From positions 18,529,404 to 18,593,403 of the forward strand of contig JASCQW010000128.1 of NCBI GenBank assembly GCA_030264375.1: 64,000 nucleotides of DNA, given 5' to 3'. Both the position numbers and the translations under genes were made by a program. Shown one piece after another: positions 52,000 through 63,258 of the stretch; position 1 is the stretch's first letter, and every line of letters starts with the position of its first letter. The DNA is from Carcharhinus longimanus. Its lineage: Eukaryota. Below the pieces are notes generated by a model. It worked only from the letters and a program-made list of their open reading frames with translations, did no database searches and was not told where the DNA came from.

Positions 52000-52900
52000 T
52001 AATCTTTAAGTTTAATAAAGGCATGGCAAGCATCCCTGTGCTGCGGAACGCAAATTTGTGTGCCATGTGCAAACTCCAGGAAACTATTTTTGCCTTGGCA
52101 GCCAAATATGCACAAAGTTAGCTGAAGGAGCTCAAACGGCAACTTGCGCCACTGTGATGTATCCATGCGGCTGAAAGCTGTTATAGAGCTACGGAGTCAT
52201 TATATGGCACTGAAGGAAGCCACTGAACCCACATGTTGGGTCTTTTGTAGAACAAAGTCTTTCCTATTACCCTGCCCTATCCCTCTAGCCCTGAAAGTTT
52301 TTATTTCCCACAAATGCCTATCTAATTATTTTTTGAAATTATTGATCAGCTTTGACTCCATCCCTCTTTTTCACAGTGGATAGCACAATTGTAGAAGTGG
52401 TTACACACCCCAGCTTGAGTGTTTAGATAGTGCAGAGGTCCCTTGAGTGCATCTCACCCAACCAGAATGCTATTGAGTACTGATCAATGGTGTCTCTGGA
52501 TAATACAATGAGAGTCTAGAGACCATGGCACCACGGAAGCTTAATCAATAGGACATTCAATAGCTGTGAGAACAGACAGGTGTTTTTGTGCCCTCAGATC
52601 TGACTCCAGGGATGGTACTTTGCCTTCCTGGTTCCTAGAGTCAAAAGTATTGAGAGTGGCTGAAGAACAGCCAGAGATCATGGTCCACATTGGGTACAAA
52701 TAGCAGGGGTGAGGCCAAATTTCAGGGAGCTAGGCAACTAATCAAAAAGTAGGACCTCATGGATAACATCCTCCAGATGACTCCCAGAATCATGTGCTGG
52801 CAAGTACAGAAATAGAAAGGATAGTGCAATTGAATTGATGTATGGAGAGATAAATGGTGCTCATTGGAGGGCCTTAGATTCCTGGGAAATCAGGACCCAG

Positions 52901-53182
52901 TAAAAAGTCTGACAACACCAGATTTTAGTCCAACCTATTTATTTGATAATAGACTCACAAGCTTTCGGGGTTAGCCCCTTCGTCAGGTGAATGGAGAGTN
53001 NNNNNNNNNNNNNNNNNNNNNNNNNNNNNNNNNNNNNNNNNNNNNNNNNNNNNNNNNNNNNNNNNNNNNNNNNNNNNNNNNNNNNNNNNNNNNNNNNNNT
53101 GAATGGAGAGTTCTGGCCTCAGACAGAGCATATAAAGCACAGACAGTTTAGAGATTACTGATTAGAATGCGAATCCCACATC
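52901..53182 (-). mobile_element. Short Penelope pLTR-derived insertion flanked by a 13-bp direct repeat
   Basis: Reverse complement resembles the tail at 3770-3950; AAATCAGGACCCA at 52887-52899 and 53183-53195; contains a gap. Confidence 0.8.
52953..52992 (-). ncRNA. Minimal type I hammerhead ribozyme with intact core
   Basis: AUUCAC-CUGACGA-A-GGGG-CUAA-CCCC-GAAA-GC-UU-GUGAGU: 6-bp stem I, 4-bp stem II, palindromic AAGCUU stem III. Confidence 0.78.
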
Positions 53183-54475
53183 AAATCAGGACCCAAACAG
53201 GTTGTACCACAACAGGGCCAGGATATATTTTGAGAAGGTTTGATCATGCTGTTTGGATGTAAATTAATTGAGTTTGGGGGATAAGGATCTCAGCATAGAT
53301 TCAGAAGGAAGAGAAACAAGGCTGTAAACAGATGGCAAAAATTAAGAAGTAAGTATGGAAGGTCAAGGAAGTGAAGACTGAAGATAATTATCAAAGGAGT
53401 TGTTCAGTAATTAATGGTTTGTTTCAATGCAAGGAGTCTAGTGAATAAGATAGAAAGTCTGAAATATGGCAGAGCTATTACCGAAGAGTGGTTTAAAGGA
53501 CAGGAATGGCAGCTCAACATTTGTAGTTACATTTTATTTGATGGGATAGAGATTGATACAAAAGGAAGGAGACGAGGGAAATAATATGTTAGGAGTGTCA
53601 ACTGAGGTAATTGGGTTGGACTGAGGAATAAAGGCACCAGTTGCATTGCTGGGAGTACGCTACACACCCACACCCTCTAACCAGTTCAAGGAAAATAAAT
53701 GAGCAAATTTGTAAGTAAACTGCTGAAAATTGCAGACACAAAAAGGCAATAGTAAGGGATTTCCCAATATAATCTAATAACTGGAATAAAAATTGTTAGT
53801 TTCCAAAACCTCAATATAGCAAAAACCTACCTGAATAGGTGGTTGAAGGGTGAAATATAAAATTGGGGAAGGCAAGAGGGGGAATGGAAAAATATTGACA
53901 AGCAAAATCAAGGGAAACTCAAATGCTTGTGTTTTGGCACAAATTAGGCAACATGGAAGTACACAACAGACATTAATAGGTTAAGTGAATGGGCAAAACT
54001 AGCAAATAGATTTAAATGTAGGCAAATGTGAGGTCATCTTGGGAGGTCCATAGAGCATAGGGAGTCCAAGTCCATAGATCATTAAAAATGTGATGAATAG
54101 GTCTAGAAAATAAAAAAGCTAATGGAATATTAATCTTCCACATCTGGGGGTTTGGAATTCCAATGTAGAGGTCATACTTTAAGATATAAAAAGCCTTGGT
54201 TAAACCAGACCTGGAGTACTGAGCAGTTTTAGACAGCACTCCTTAAAGATATTTTTACCTTGGAAAGAGTGCAATGAAAGCTTACCAGAATGATATCTGG
54301 ACTGAATAGGTTACATTAAGAATTGATTACACCCCTGTAATTTTGAAGGTAAATCAGCAAATCGATCAAAGTTTGAGATCTGCCCTTCCTATTTTTGCTG
54401 GTTGGGAAGTCTCCCCAAATAAAGATTAGAGTCGGACGTTTCAGGAGTCTGATTAGGGAACAAGGTGGTAGGAAG

Positions 54476-54585
54476 CATAGAAACCCTACAGTGCAGATGG
54501 AGGCCATTTGGCCCATTGAGTCTGCACCAACAACAATCCCACCTAGGCCCTATCCCCACATATTTACCCTGCTAATCCCTCTAAT
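54476..54585 (-). mobile_element. HE1-type SINE 3' fragment
   Basis: catagaaaccctacagtgcagatggaggccatttggccc...ctgctaatccctctaa. Confidence 0.82.
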
Positions 54586-54869
54586 TTGTGTATCCCAAAG
54601 TTTGGAACTTTTTTATAAATGGCAATTGATAATAAAAGGTACAATTGATCTATGATTAAAAGTTGATTGTTACCCAACATTATTAAAGGATATGGGATAA
54701 AGGTAGATATGGAGTAAAGTTGCAGATCAGCTATAATGTCACTGAATGATACAACAGGCTCCAGCCCTATCCAGTTTCTAGATCCTAATTTTGTCTCTCA
54801 GCAGCTGGAAAAGCTCTTTCTCCAATAGCCATGCAGTCTGCCACCCTGCTGATCTTCATCACCTGGGTA

Positions 54870-56562
54870 AGTTGCTGGAAGGTATTTTGAGATACAGGAT
54901 CTAAAGGCACTTAGAGATGCAAGGCCTGATTTAGGGACAGTCAGCTTGACTTTGTGAGTGGAAAATGAATGTCTCTCAAATTTGATTGAGTTTTTTTGAA
55001 GGGATAACCAAGAAGGTAGATAAGAGCAATGCAGTTGATGTTGTCTGCATGGACTTTAGTAAGGCCTTTGACAAGGTACCGCATGGTAGGATGATTCATA
55101 AGGTTAAATCTCATGGGATCCAGAGTGAGATATCTAACTGGATACAAAATTGGCTTCTTGACAGAAGCCAGAGGATGGTTGTAGAAGGTTGTTGTTCAAA
55201 CTGGAGGCTTGTGACCAGCAGTGTGCCTCAGGGATCAGCACTGGGTCCACTTTTATTTGTCATCTATATTCTCATCCAAATCATTAACATAAGAGGCATG
55301 GTTAGTAAATTTGTAAATGACACCAAGATTGGTGGCCTAGTGGATAGTGAGGAAAATCATCTCCGATTGCCATGAGAACTTGATCAATTGGGCCAGTGGG
55401 CTGACATGGCAGATGGAGTTTAATTTGGATAAATGCAAAGTGATGCATTTTGGTAGACTGAACCAGGGCAGGACTTGCTCAGTTAATGGTCGGGCACTGG
55501 GGAGAGTTACAGAACAAAGAGATCCAGGGGTACAGGTTCATAGCTCTTTGAAAATGAAGTCACAAGTGGACAGAGTGGTGAAGAAGGCATTCAGCATGCT
55601 TGGTTTCATTGGTCAGAACATTGAATATAGGAGTTGGGAGGTCATGTTAAAGTTGTACAAGATGTTGGTAAGGCCACATTTGGAATACTGTGTACAGTTC
55701 TGGTCACCCTATGATAGAAAGGATATTATTAAACTAGAACGAGTGCAAAAAAGATTTACTAGGATGCTACCGGGACTTGATGGTTTGTATTATAAGGCAA
55801 GGCAGGATAGACTGTAACATTGAGGGAGTACTGCACTATCGGAGTGTCAGTACAGAGGGAGCGCTGCACTTTCAGAACGTCAGTACTGAGGGAGTGCCAC
55901 ACTGTCAGAGGGTCACTACTGAGGGAGTGCCACACTGTCAGAAGGTCAGTACTGAGGGAGCGTCGCACCGTCAAAGGGTCAGTACTGAGGGAGTGCCACA
56001 CTGTCAGAGGGTCACTACTGAGGGAGTGCCACACTGTCAGAAGGTCAGTACTGAGGGAGCGTCGCACCGTCAAAGGGTCAGTACTGAGGGAGTGCCACAC
56101 TGTCAGAGGGTCACTACTGAGGGAGTGCCACACTGTCAGAAGGTCAGTACTGANNNNNNNNNNNNNNNNNNNNNNNNNNNNNNNNNNNNNNNNNNNNNNN
56201 NNNNNNNNNNNNNNNNNNNNNNNNNNNNNNNNNNNNNNNNNNNNNNNNNNNNNTATCTTTTCCCAAAGGTAGGGGAGTCTAAAACTAGAGGGCATAGGTT
56301 TAAGATGAGGGGAGAGATACAAAATTGTCCAGAGGGGCAATTTTTTCACAGAGGGTGGTGAGTATCTGGAACAAGCTGCCAGAGGTGGTAGTAGAGGTGG
56401 GTACAATTTTTGTCTTTCCAAAAGCATTTGGACAGTTACATGGGTACGATGGGTAAAGAGGTATATGGGCCCAATGTGGGCATTTGGGATCAGCTTAGGG
56501 GGTTTTAAAAAAAAAAGTTGGGCCGAAGGGCCTGTTTTCATGTTCTAAACTTTAACTCTATG
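54870..56562 (+). mobile_element. CR1 LINE (RT and 3' UTR) interrupted by a minisatellite and a gap
   Basis: ORFs 54986..55375 (DFSKAFDKVPH, VPQGSALGPLLF, SKFVNDTK) and 55347..55817 (LVRPHLEYCVQFWSP); tail gggccgaagggcctgtttt. Confidence 0.93.
55813..56153 (+). repeat. 33-bp minisatellite with a 99-bp higher-order repeat, truncated by a gap
   Basis: Unit GTCAGTACTGAGGGAGTGCCACACTGTCAGAGG; variants run A-B-C-A-B-C-A-B from 55879, preceded by two diverged units. Confidence 0.95.
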
Positions 56563-57358
56563 ACCCATTCCTCCACAGTAGTTAGGATGGCCAGGATGAC
56601 AATAACTGGAGGGCCACCCATCAATCTCTGTTTGCAACCTCTTCTTGTGGACAATTGACTGAGATGGAATGTGTTGAGAGGATGGAAGGACAACATTTGT
56701 TGAAGATGAAAACTGATATCAAAAAGACAGTGAACTTCGTTGTTGGCTACTCAATTGGGAATGAGAGATGTCTAGAGAAAGAGAAATGGGTAGTACTGCA
56801 ATGTCTTTATATGAAGCATGCTGGAAAGATCAGAATGAGGGAGTTGGTATTTGATCATAATCACAGGACCACACACTCCTGCCCACCAGCTCAATGACTT
56901 GCAACCATGCTTGCTTGTTCTTTTTGAAGCTGTCCTCTTCCTTATGCCTACTAGGAATAATATTTCTATACGTATGCTTACAGCCCATTACATTATCTCC
57001 ACTGATACCTCTGAGAATCAGAAAAGCAGCCTCTTCATTTTGTGACTCCATTGATAATGTTACTGTTTCTGCCCTGGTAAGTGTGGAATGGATCAATTGT
57101 GACTCATACCAGTGTCCCTTTTAAATATTTAATGGTCAGGTACAACGTAATCATGTGCACCCACTCCGATTTGGCTGAGAAATACAGGGATGTTAAATGC
57201 CATGGCTGAGTTTAAAACCCATTCCACTATCTGTTGGGTTTGAACCCACTGGGGACTTCCCCTACTGTGAGTGGGGCTATTGGTTCAAATTTTGCCATCC
57301 CCAAGTTCTGTTGCAGACCAAATAATTTGTGAAATAAATTCTCATTAATATTACTGAC

Positions 57359-57574
57359 CTTTTGAAGATGTATTGTGCTTGTGGATGGACTCCGCAGTGC
57401 CATATGTGGATACAGCCCTCCTCTTGACGCAACAAGCCATCAGCATCAGAAATACACATGTAATAATGCAGAGACCCACTGCCAGGATTACAAAGATGAG
57501 GATGTTGAAATGATCATCATGGGGTAAACAGTGTCTGAGAGCAGCTGAAGGATCCTGATTTGAGTTTGTGATCT
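57359..57574 (-). CDS. TNFRSF13B: TNFRSF13B (TACI) stalk/transmembrane exon
   Basis: ttcccctttcttag|AG ATC ACA ... TCA AAA G|gtcagt; ITNSNQDPSAALRHCLPHDDHFNILIFVILAVGLCIITCVFLMLMACCVKRRAVSTYGTAESIHKHNTSSK; TM resembles human [29 protein letters not shown]; lies within ORF 57351..57788; 216 nt, phase 1-1. Confidence 0.9.
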
Positions 57575-58424
57575 CTAAGAAAGGGGAAAATATCAATTTC
57601 AACAAATGAAATGAGATCAGACTACAGATAATATTGAACAATCCCAAATGCTTAACTTGCATCAATGATGTGGCCACACCTTCTGCCAGGGCAGCTGTAA
57701 AATTTGGTGCTTGAGGATCCTGCTTAATTCTTTTGAGGCGTAATTCGGGTTTTAAGTTCAACTTTGTATGACTTGTGCATACTATCATTTAGTTTTGAGG
57801 GCAAGAAGATAACTGGTGAAATTCTGCCAGATTGAATAAAGCTTCACCTGCAACATTAGCCTCATAAGTACCAGACAGAATATGGTTGCAGCCAGCAAGA
57901 CATTTGTATGTATAGCTTTGGCTAGATTATCATATCATTGGTTTTGGTTGTAAGCATTTGTTTTGTAACCAACTGGATATCCATTTCATTTCCTGTAGAT
58001 TCTTCCCAATATGAGTGACCGAGACAGTGCCATCATAGTTTTTCATACTGCATTGCAAGTTGCATCAAGCAGTTCCCCAGGGCACAGCAACTGCCTAGCA
58101 ACTGATGCCTTAAGCAGGCTTTAGAGAGGTTAAAAAGGGATCACTAAGTTTGCAGGGGTTAGTTTTCACTCTCTTGGGATTTTACTATGTTGATCTTTTG
58201 CACTGTTTTAACTTGAGCTTTGCTGTTCTTTGGCTTCAAAGGGCTAATACCTTAGTTACCTTAGTGCTATATGGGAAATTGGGAGGATGGGTCTGTCACA
58301 ATTTATTGTGCAATCTAGATGAGAAAGACAATTTCATCTATAAGTACAAAGCCATCTTGGGCATTATATGGAGACTACTGTTACCTCAGAATCCAGGCCA
58401 ACAGAGCATGGTACTCCAAACACA

Positions 58425-58541
58425 GGACGGAATTTCCCTGTTCCACCCGCCATGGGAATTGTAGCAGGTGGGGTGTGGACTATGGAAAGTCTGTTGATCT
58501 CGAGCTGGTCTTGGGGTGATTGTGGCCAGAAAATCCCACCC
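58425..58541. mobile_element. Short MITE-like element
   Basis: ggacggaatttccc...catgggaattgtagcagg...ggccagaaaatcccaccc; reversed copy of the 39025 family. Confidence 0.65.
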
Positions 58542-61081
58542 AGTGTCCAATGAGGCCTGTGTACAGTTCCTCTGCTTCACTGAGCATTGCCATTGGTTTT
58601 GCCATGCAGCCAAGCTCTCACTAGGACTGACATATCCATTGCTGTGAAGGCTTTAGTACCTTTTCAGTCAAATGCAAGGAACACCACGATCATTGGCTCA
58701 TCTTCAGTTTACCATTGAAGCAAGGCACAATTACTGTTTGCCCTGGGTTGTTACTTTCTTTGTGGTGGAGGTGGAAACTGCAGGTGGAGTGGGTGTAGAA
58801 TGTTTATAAACTAATGGACCCATTAGGGCACTGAGTTTTGCCTATGCTCTGCAGTCAGTGTGAAAAGGCTGGCTGGCTATTCTAATCTGTCTTTCCTGAT
58901 GTTGGGTGCTGGGTCCTAATGAACTGCTTGCAATGTAGTATGAAAAACTATGATGCCACTGTCTTTTTATTCATGTTGGGAAGAATCTACAGCAAATGAA
59001 ATTGACATGCAATTGGTTGCAAAACATCCCTAATATAATCCTCTAACACAGGTTAAGAACATACTGTGTATTGTAGATCCGTTTTGCAAAAGACACGGGA
59101 ATGGGGAAAAGATATTAAGGAAAGGATGATACTTGCTGGATGGTGGCACCAAATCTCTAAACTCTGTATCCTAGATGCCTTCCCTTGGCAACAGAGTAAG
59201 GCATCTCCTTGTGGGAATGTCTTGCTGGTTGCAAGTCCTTCACCTGTCTGATTCTCCCACTGGTTATGCATAGCCTTGGCCTGCAAGCAGAACACAGTGA
59301 AGGATATTAAAGGGATACATTCTGCACCCCAAGCTGCACTTCTATGCCCTTTAACACATCTCTTCTACAGATATGACTTTGCCAAGGGTCTGGCAAGGTG
59401 CACTGCAAGAAAGTTTGTAGATCTCCAGTGGATGATATTAGGATGGGCCTCTAAATATAGCCTTCACCTCTTATACCATGAATGAGTGCTAGGAGAGGAC
59501 AAACTTTGCCCTCATAATGAATGTTAAGTGGATATGGGGGATAGACGTGTTCAAATCTTGTACGGCACTCTGCAGGGAGAAAAAGGCAAACAGGTGTGCA
59601 AAGGGGAGTCGACTTACCTTGGCACTTCTGTGGATGTGTACAAACTATCTCCTCACTTTTTCATTCTGTTCTGCTGGTCCTAAGGCATAGCATTAACATA
59701 CTCTGCCACCTTCTGTAGCTGGCATTGGTACCTTTGCAAGAGGCTGGGTTACTGCCGGAAAACAGTCATCATCCTTTACTGCACCTAACTAAAGCAGAGA
59801 CATCTCATCTACCGTGGGTCAGAAATTTCAATCCACTTTGAAAGTTGGAAAATTGACTAAGAGCTGCCTTTAAATAAGCTAGCTGGCCCAATGTTATAAT
59901 TGCCAGTCAATTTGCTTGTAAGTATAAATCCATATGCATACTTTAGGTGTATGTGCAATCTGGCCAAATGAGTGGCTGAATTTTTGCATATTGTAAAATG
60001 TGTGCAGTCTATGCTATGAATATGGATGTCTGCAGAATAGTGCGCACTCAAATTTCTCAGCATCAAAATCATGGCTGACATATCTAACACAGTAACTCCC
60101 TCACTGACATTGCGTTTGGTAATTCTGATTCCACATATCATCGAAGGGGGGTGGGGGTGGGGGGGGGGGGCGGGGAGGGGTGCTCTCGATCAGTTCCTTA
60201 GTGTCGTGGAATTCGGNNNNNTTGGTAATTCTGATTCCACATATCATCGAAGGGGGGTGGGGGGGGCGGGGAGGGGTGCTCTCGATCAGTTCCTTAGTGT
60301 CGTGGAATTCGGTCTGTGAACAACAGCAGTTCTACAAATTGGGCAAAGTCGTTCGAAATGTTTCTTCTGTGGCTGAGTCTACTGTTCCTCTTTTATTTCT
60401 TTGCATTGTCAGGTCTACTAAACCCTAGTCTTAAAAAGCAGTGCATTGCAATATATGATGCAGTTCTAACAATTTACTTCCAATAGGCTTCTCTATCTCA
60501 TGTAGATTGCTACAGGGTGGGTAAATAGACAATTTCTTATGGGGATGTAATATGAGAATAAATCAAACTGGTGAGTAGGTTTGGATTGAAAGTTTCACAT
60601 TGTGAGATCCCAATATTAAATGTCCCATGAAGGGGAGATGAGATGTGGTAGCCCTATATTCCTGATTGGAATGGTGGAGGAACAGGGAGAAATCTGGGAG
60701 GCAATAACCTGCAAGCAGTTCAGGAAAATCAGAAAAGCAGGTACACATAACCCAGGATATACTCAGAATATAGAAAAAAAGATTTCCAGAGAAGCATATC
60801 TGCTCTCTCACTACTGAGTGTGGCTATAGGGGGAAAAAAAAATTAAAAGAAATCTTAATCCAAGTTTCAAATATTTCACGAGTTCAAACTGCCATTGCAA
60901 AACTGCTGGGAATGAATATTGTATTCATATACTGGACTATTGCTTTTAGTTTATTTATGTAGCATAGTCCTGTACAGGAAGGAACAAGTACTGTAAAAGC
61001 CAATTATTTGATCATCATTGATCACACTGATGCAGTTATGGTGCTTTCACAGAAAATAAGATTCTATTGTAAATTTCTTAC

Positions 61082-61198
61082 CATAGCAAATTTCTAAACA
61101 TTGTTGAGGAGGTTGTCCACACACATCTGAGCATTTGATGCATCTGCGTAGAAGTTTGTCCCAATAAAATCCTGCAGCCTCGTTGCAACTCCAAATCT
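61082..61198 (-). CDS. TNFRSF13B: TNFRSF13B (TACI) exon, cysteine-rich domain 2
   Basis: ctctttgtcgcag|AG ATT TGG ... TGC TAT G|gtaaga; (E)IWSCNEAAGFYWDKLLRRCIKCSDVCGQPPQQCLEICY(E); aligns to human [37 protein letters not shown]; 117 nt, phase 1-1. Confidence 0.94.
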
Positions 61199-61275
61199 CT
61201 GCGACAAAGAGACAATTACAATGATGGAATCAAATTATTTCCCTGTGAATGGCAAACGAGTCAGTTCAATATATA

Positions 61276-62204
61276 GGGGGCGATTCTTCCAAAAAAATTC
61301 TAGATGCTGATATAGCTGGAAAACTGGTGTAAATCACAATTGTTTTTTCAGTGAGAGTTCATACTAGAATCTCCCACACTGTGTGCAATGCAGAGTCACA
61401 ATCATGAATATAATTAAAAGCTCAGGGGTGAGCCCTGTTCACACCTGGGTCTGGCAGTTCCGGGTGCTGTGCATGCGTAGTGGCAGTAAAAAGTCTGACA
61501 ACACCAGCTTTTAGTCCAACCGATTTATTTGATAGTAAACTCACAAGCTTTCAAGGGGACTCCCTCTTCATTAGGTCACTCTTCATAGTGGCCCAAACCT
61601 GTCAGCCTGCAGTTTGCTGGCCAGCCCAGGACTCTTGCAGTGCTGCCCCTCCCAATACCCCCGTGGCCTAATTGCAGACCCCACCACAATTGCTGGCCTC
61701 TCTCTAGCTCTGAAAGATCCCAATGGCAGCGGGACACCCCACTCCCGCTGATTGCCCTGCCCCCTAGGTCCCACCCCCTTGGCACTGCCCCATGCAGAGT
61801 GGGTGGTTTCAAGATGTCTGCCCAGGGGCACCACCCCCTGCCACCTGACCTCCTGGAGGGCTCTGATTGCCTTTCCTTCACTCTAGCAGGGTCTCCTGCT
61901 AGTTTCCTGAAAGTGGGGAGCTATCCTAAACTCTGCCAGAGTGTAATTGTACTGGCGGGGCAGGAGATGCTATCTGGCCCGGAGACTTCAGTCCTGGGTC
62001 TGATAATGATGTTTAAATAACTTTTAAAAAGATTAAAATGACTTACCCAGTCTTCCTGCCAGTTTCCAGCGTGATCCCAACTGCGCCAGATATTTAGTGC
62101 TGGGAGATGTGCGCACATCAGGAATGCATGAGTGAATCCTGTGAATCGGCGCACACAAGATTCTCTAACAAAAAGTTAGCACGTACGGATGGGAGAATCG
62201 CCCC
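61276..62204. mobile_element. ~930-bp non-autonomous DNA transposon with TIRs and TA flanks
   Basis: Left TA|GGGGGCGATTCTTCC, right GGGAGAATCGCCCC|TA; GC-rich non-coding interior. Confidence 0.75.
61486..61585 (-). mobile_element. ~100-bp Penelope pLTR fragment with a mutated hammerhead, nested in the DNA transposon
   Basis: Closely similar to 52901-52990; core reads CUAAUGA...GAAAGCUUGUGAG; TAGTGGC repeated at 61478-61484 and 61586-61592. Confidence 0.75.
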
Positions 62205-63152
62205 TATAATTTCCATATACAGAACTCAATGCTATAAACATGTAATAAATAAAGAAAGGGAAGACTAAGGGATAGAATTTCCTCTGCTGCTTGAACGGTT
62301 ATCCCATGGAGTGAATTGTTATCCTGTTTCTGTTCGTTTCAACAGAATAAAAATCAGATGGATATAACAACGGATAGGTAACCGGTCCCTCTAGATTAGA
62401 ACTCAGTTATGTGCAGGTAATACTCAATAACTTTTACAGTTATCAAATTAGGCTTGGAGGATTGGGCTTTCTTCACTCGAGCAGCATAGAGGCAACATCA
62501 GTGAGGTTTTTAAAATGAAGGAGGGAAGCTATATTGTTTAGCCAGGTTATTTGAATTAGATAGGGAAGAGAAAACTAGATGTACATTAGTATAAAATACA
62601 ACAAAAAAAAAGCTGATTCCAGTGAAGGCTAGTATTTCATTTCAGAGAATCATTGACCTCTGGAATAGATTACTAGACTTGTGACAGTTATAGATTCACT
62701 CCATGTCTGTAACACATAGTTCAGCAAGTTACATAGAATGGAAGATGTAATGAGTTGTAATCAGTCTCCTGGAGCATGTTTGGTTGGGTTAGAGCAGGAC
62801 ATCCCAGAGGCTTTTCCTAAGTTGGTCTGAAGCTTTTTTCTCTCACTTTTTGCTTCTCCCAGGAGCATATGTGATTTGGTTTGGATTGATGCATGCAGGC
62901 TGAATTAACTTGTTTCATTTTCTACTGTCTTTTTTTGGTAACTTTGTTCTTTCCATCAGCAAGACTAACCATTGTGAATGATTCTTGTTGTTACTGGATC
63001 AGTATGGGAATAAACATGGTCAAAGATTTGATCTATAACTTGCTGACATTGACTTTCTGTGATACTGAGGCATGGAATGTTTTTAATGGTCTATAACTTC
63101 CAACAAATTGCTGCTTACAGACTTCAAAAGAAGGTAGTGAAATGATACGAAC

Positions 63153-63258
63153 CACAGTAGGATTTGCACGCACTATGCCTGTTATGCCCACAATTCATGC
63201 ATTTGGCGCATCGTCGCAGGAGGCTATCCCAGAATTCTTCATCAGAACAGCTGCTCAT
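63153..63258 (-). CDS. TNFRSF13B: TNFRSF13B (TACI) first coding exon, cysteine-rich domain 1
   Basis: Minus strand aaaATG AGC AGC TGT ... TAC TGT G|gttcgt; MSSCSDEEFWDSLLRRCAKCMNCGHNRHSACKSYC(E); six Cys and DxL motif, aligns to human [20 protein letters not shown]...; in-frame TAG two codons upstream of the ATG. Confidence 0.9.

Larger units (their letters stand above)
52560..54720 (+). mobile_element. Long decayed CR1 LINE (ORF1 esterase-like region through ORF2 remnants)
   Basis: gatggtactttgccttcctgg, atggtccacattgggtacaaa (VHIGTN), ttcaatgcaaggagtctagtgaataag (FNARSLVNK), ttggttaaaccagacctggagtac. Confidence 0.75.

Noticed and set aside
55813-56153. CRISPR-like appearance of the 33-bp repeats
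   Set aside because: Units are head-to-tail with no unique spacers, there are no cas genes, and the context is a vertebrate intron.
55759-56541. Long ORFs with 11-aa repeats (STEGVPHCQRV, STDPLTVWHSL)
   Set aside because: A stop-free 33-bp unit keeps frames open on both strands; the ORFs run through Ns and lack splice or start context.
56772-56950. Alternative TACI terminal exon just after the TM exon (attcctag|TAGGC...)
   Set aside because: The translation has no similarity to TACI tails; the exon at 45620-45930 carries the diagnostic ETCSYCF.
59618-59644. Possible extra TACI micro-exon (VCTHPQKCQ) ending at a strong GTAAGT donor on the minus strand
   Set aside because: The upstream sequence is purine-rich with no polypyrimidine tract, and there is an in-frame TGA just upstream.
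60116-60312. ~95-bp direct duplication with G-runs (G-quadruplex-like)
   Set aside because: The copies are identical except in G-run length and are separated by 5 Ns, the signature of an unmerged contig overlap at a homopolymer.
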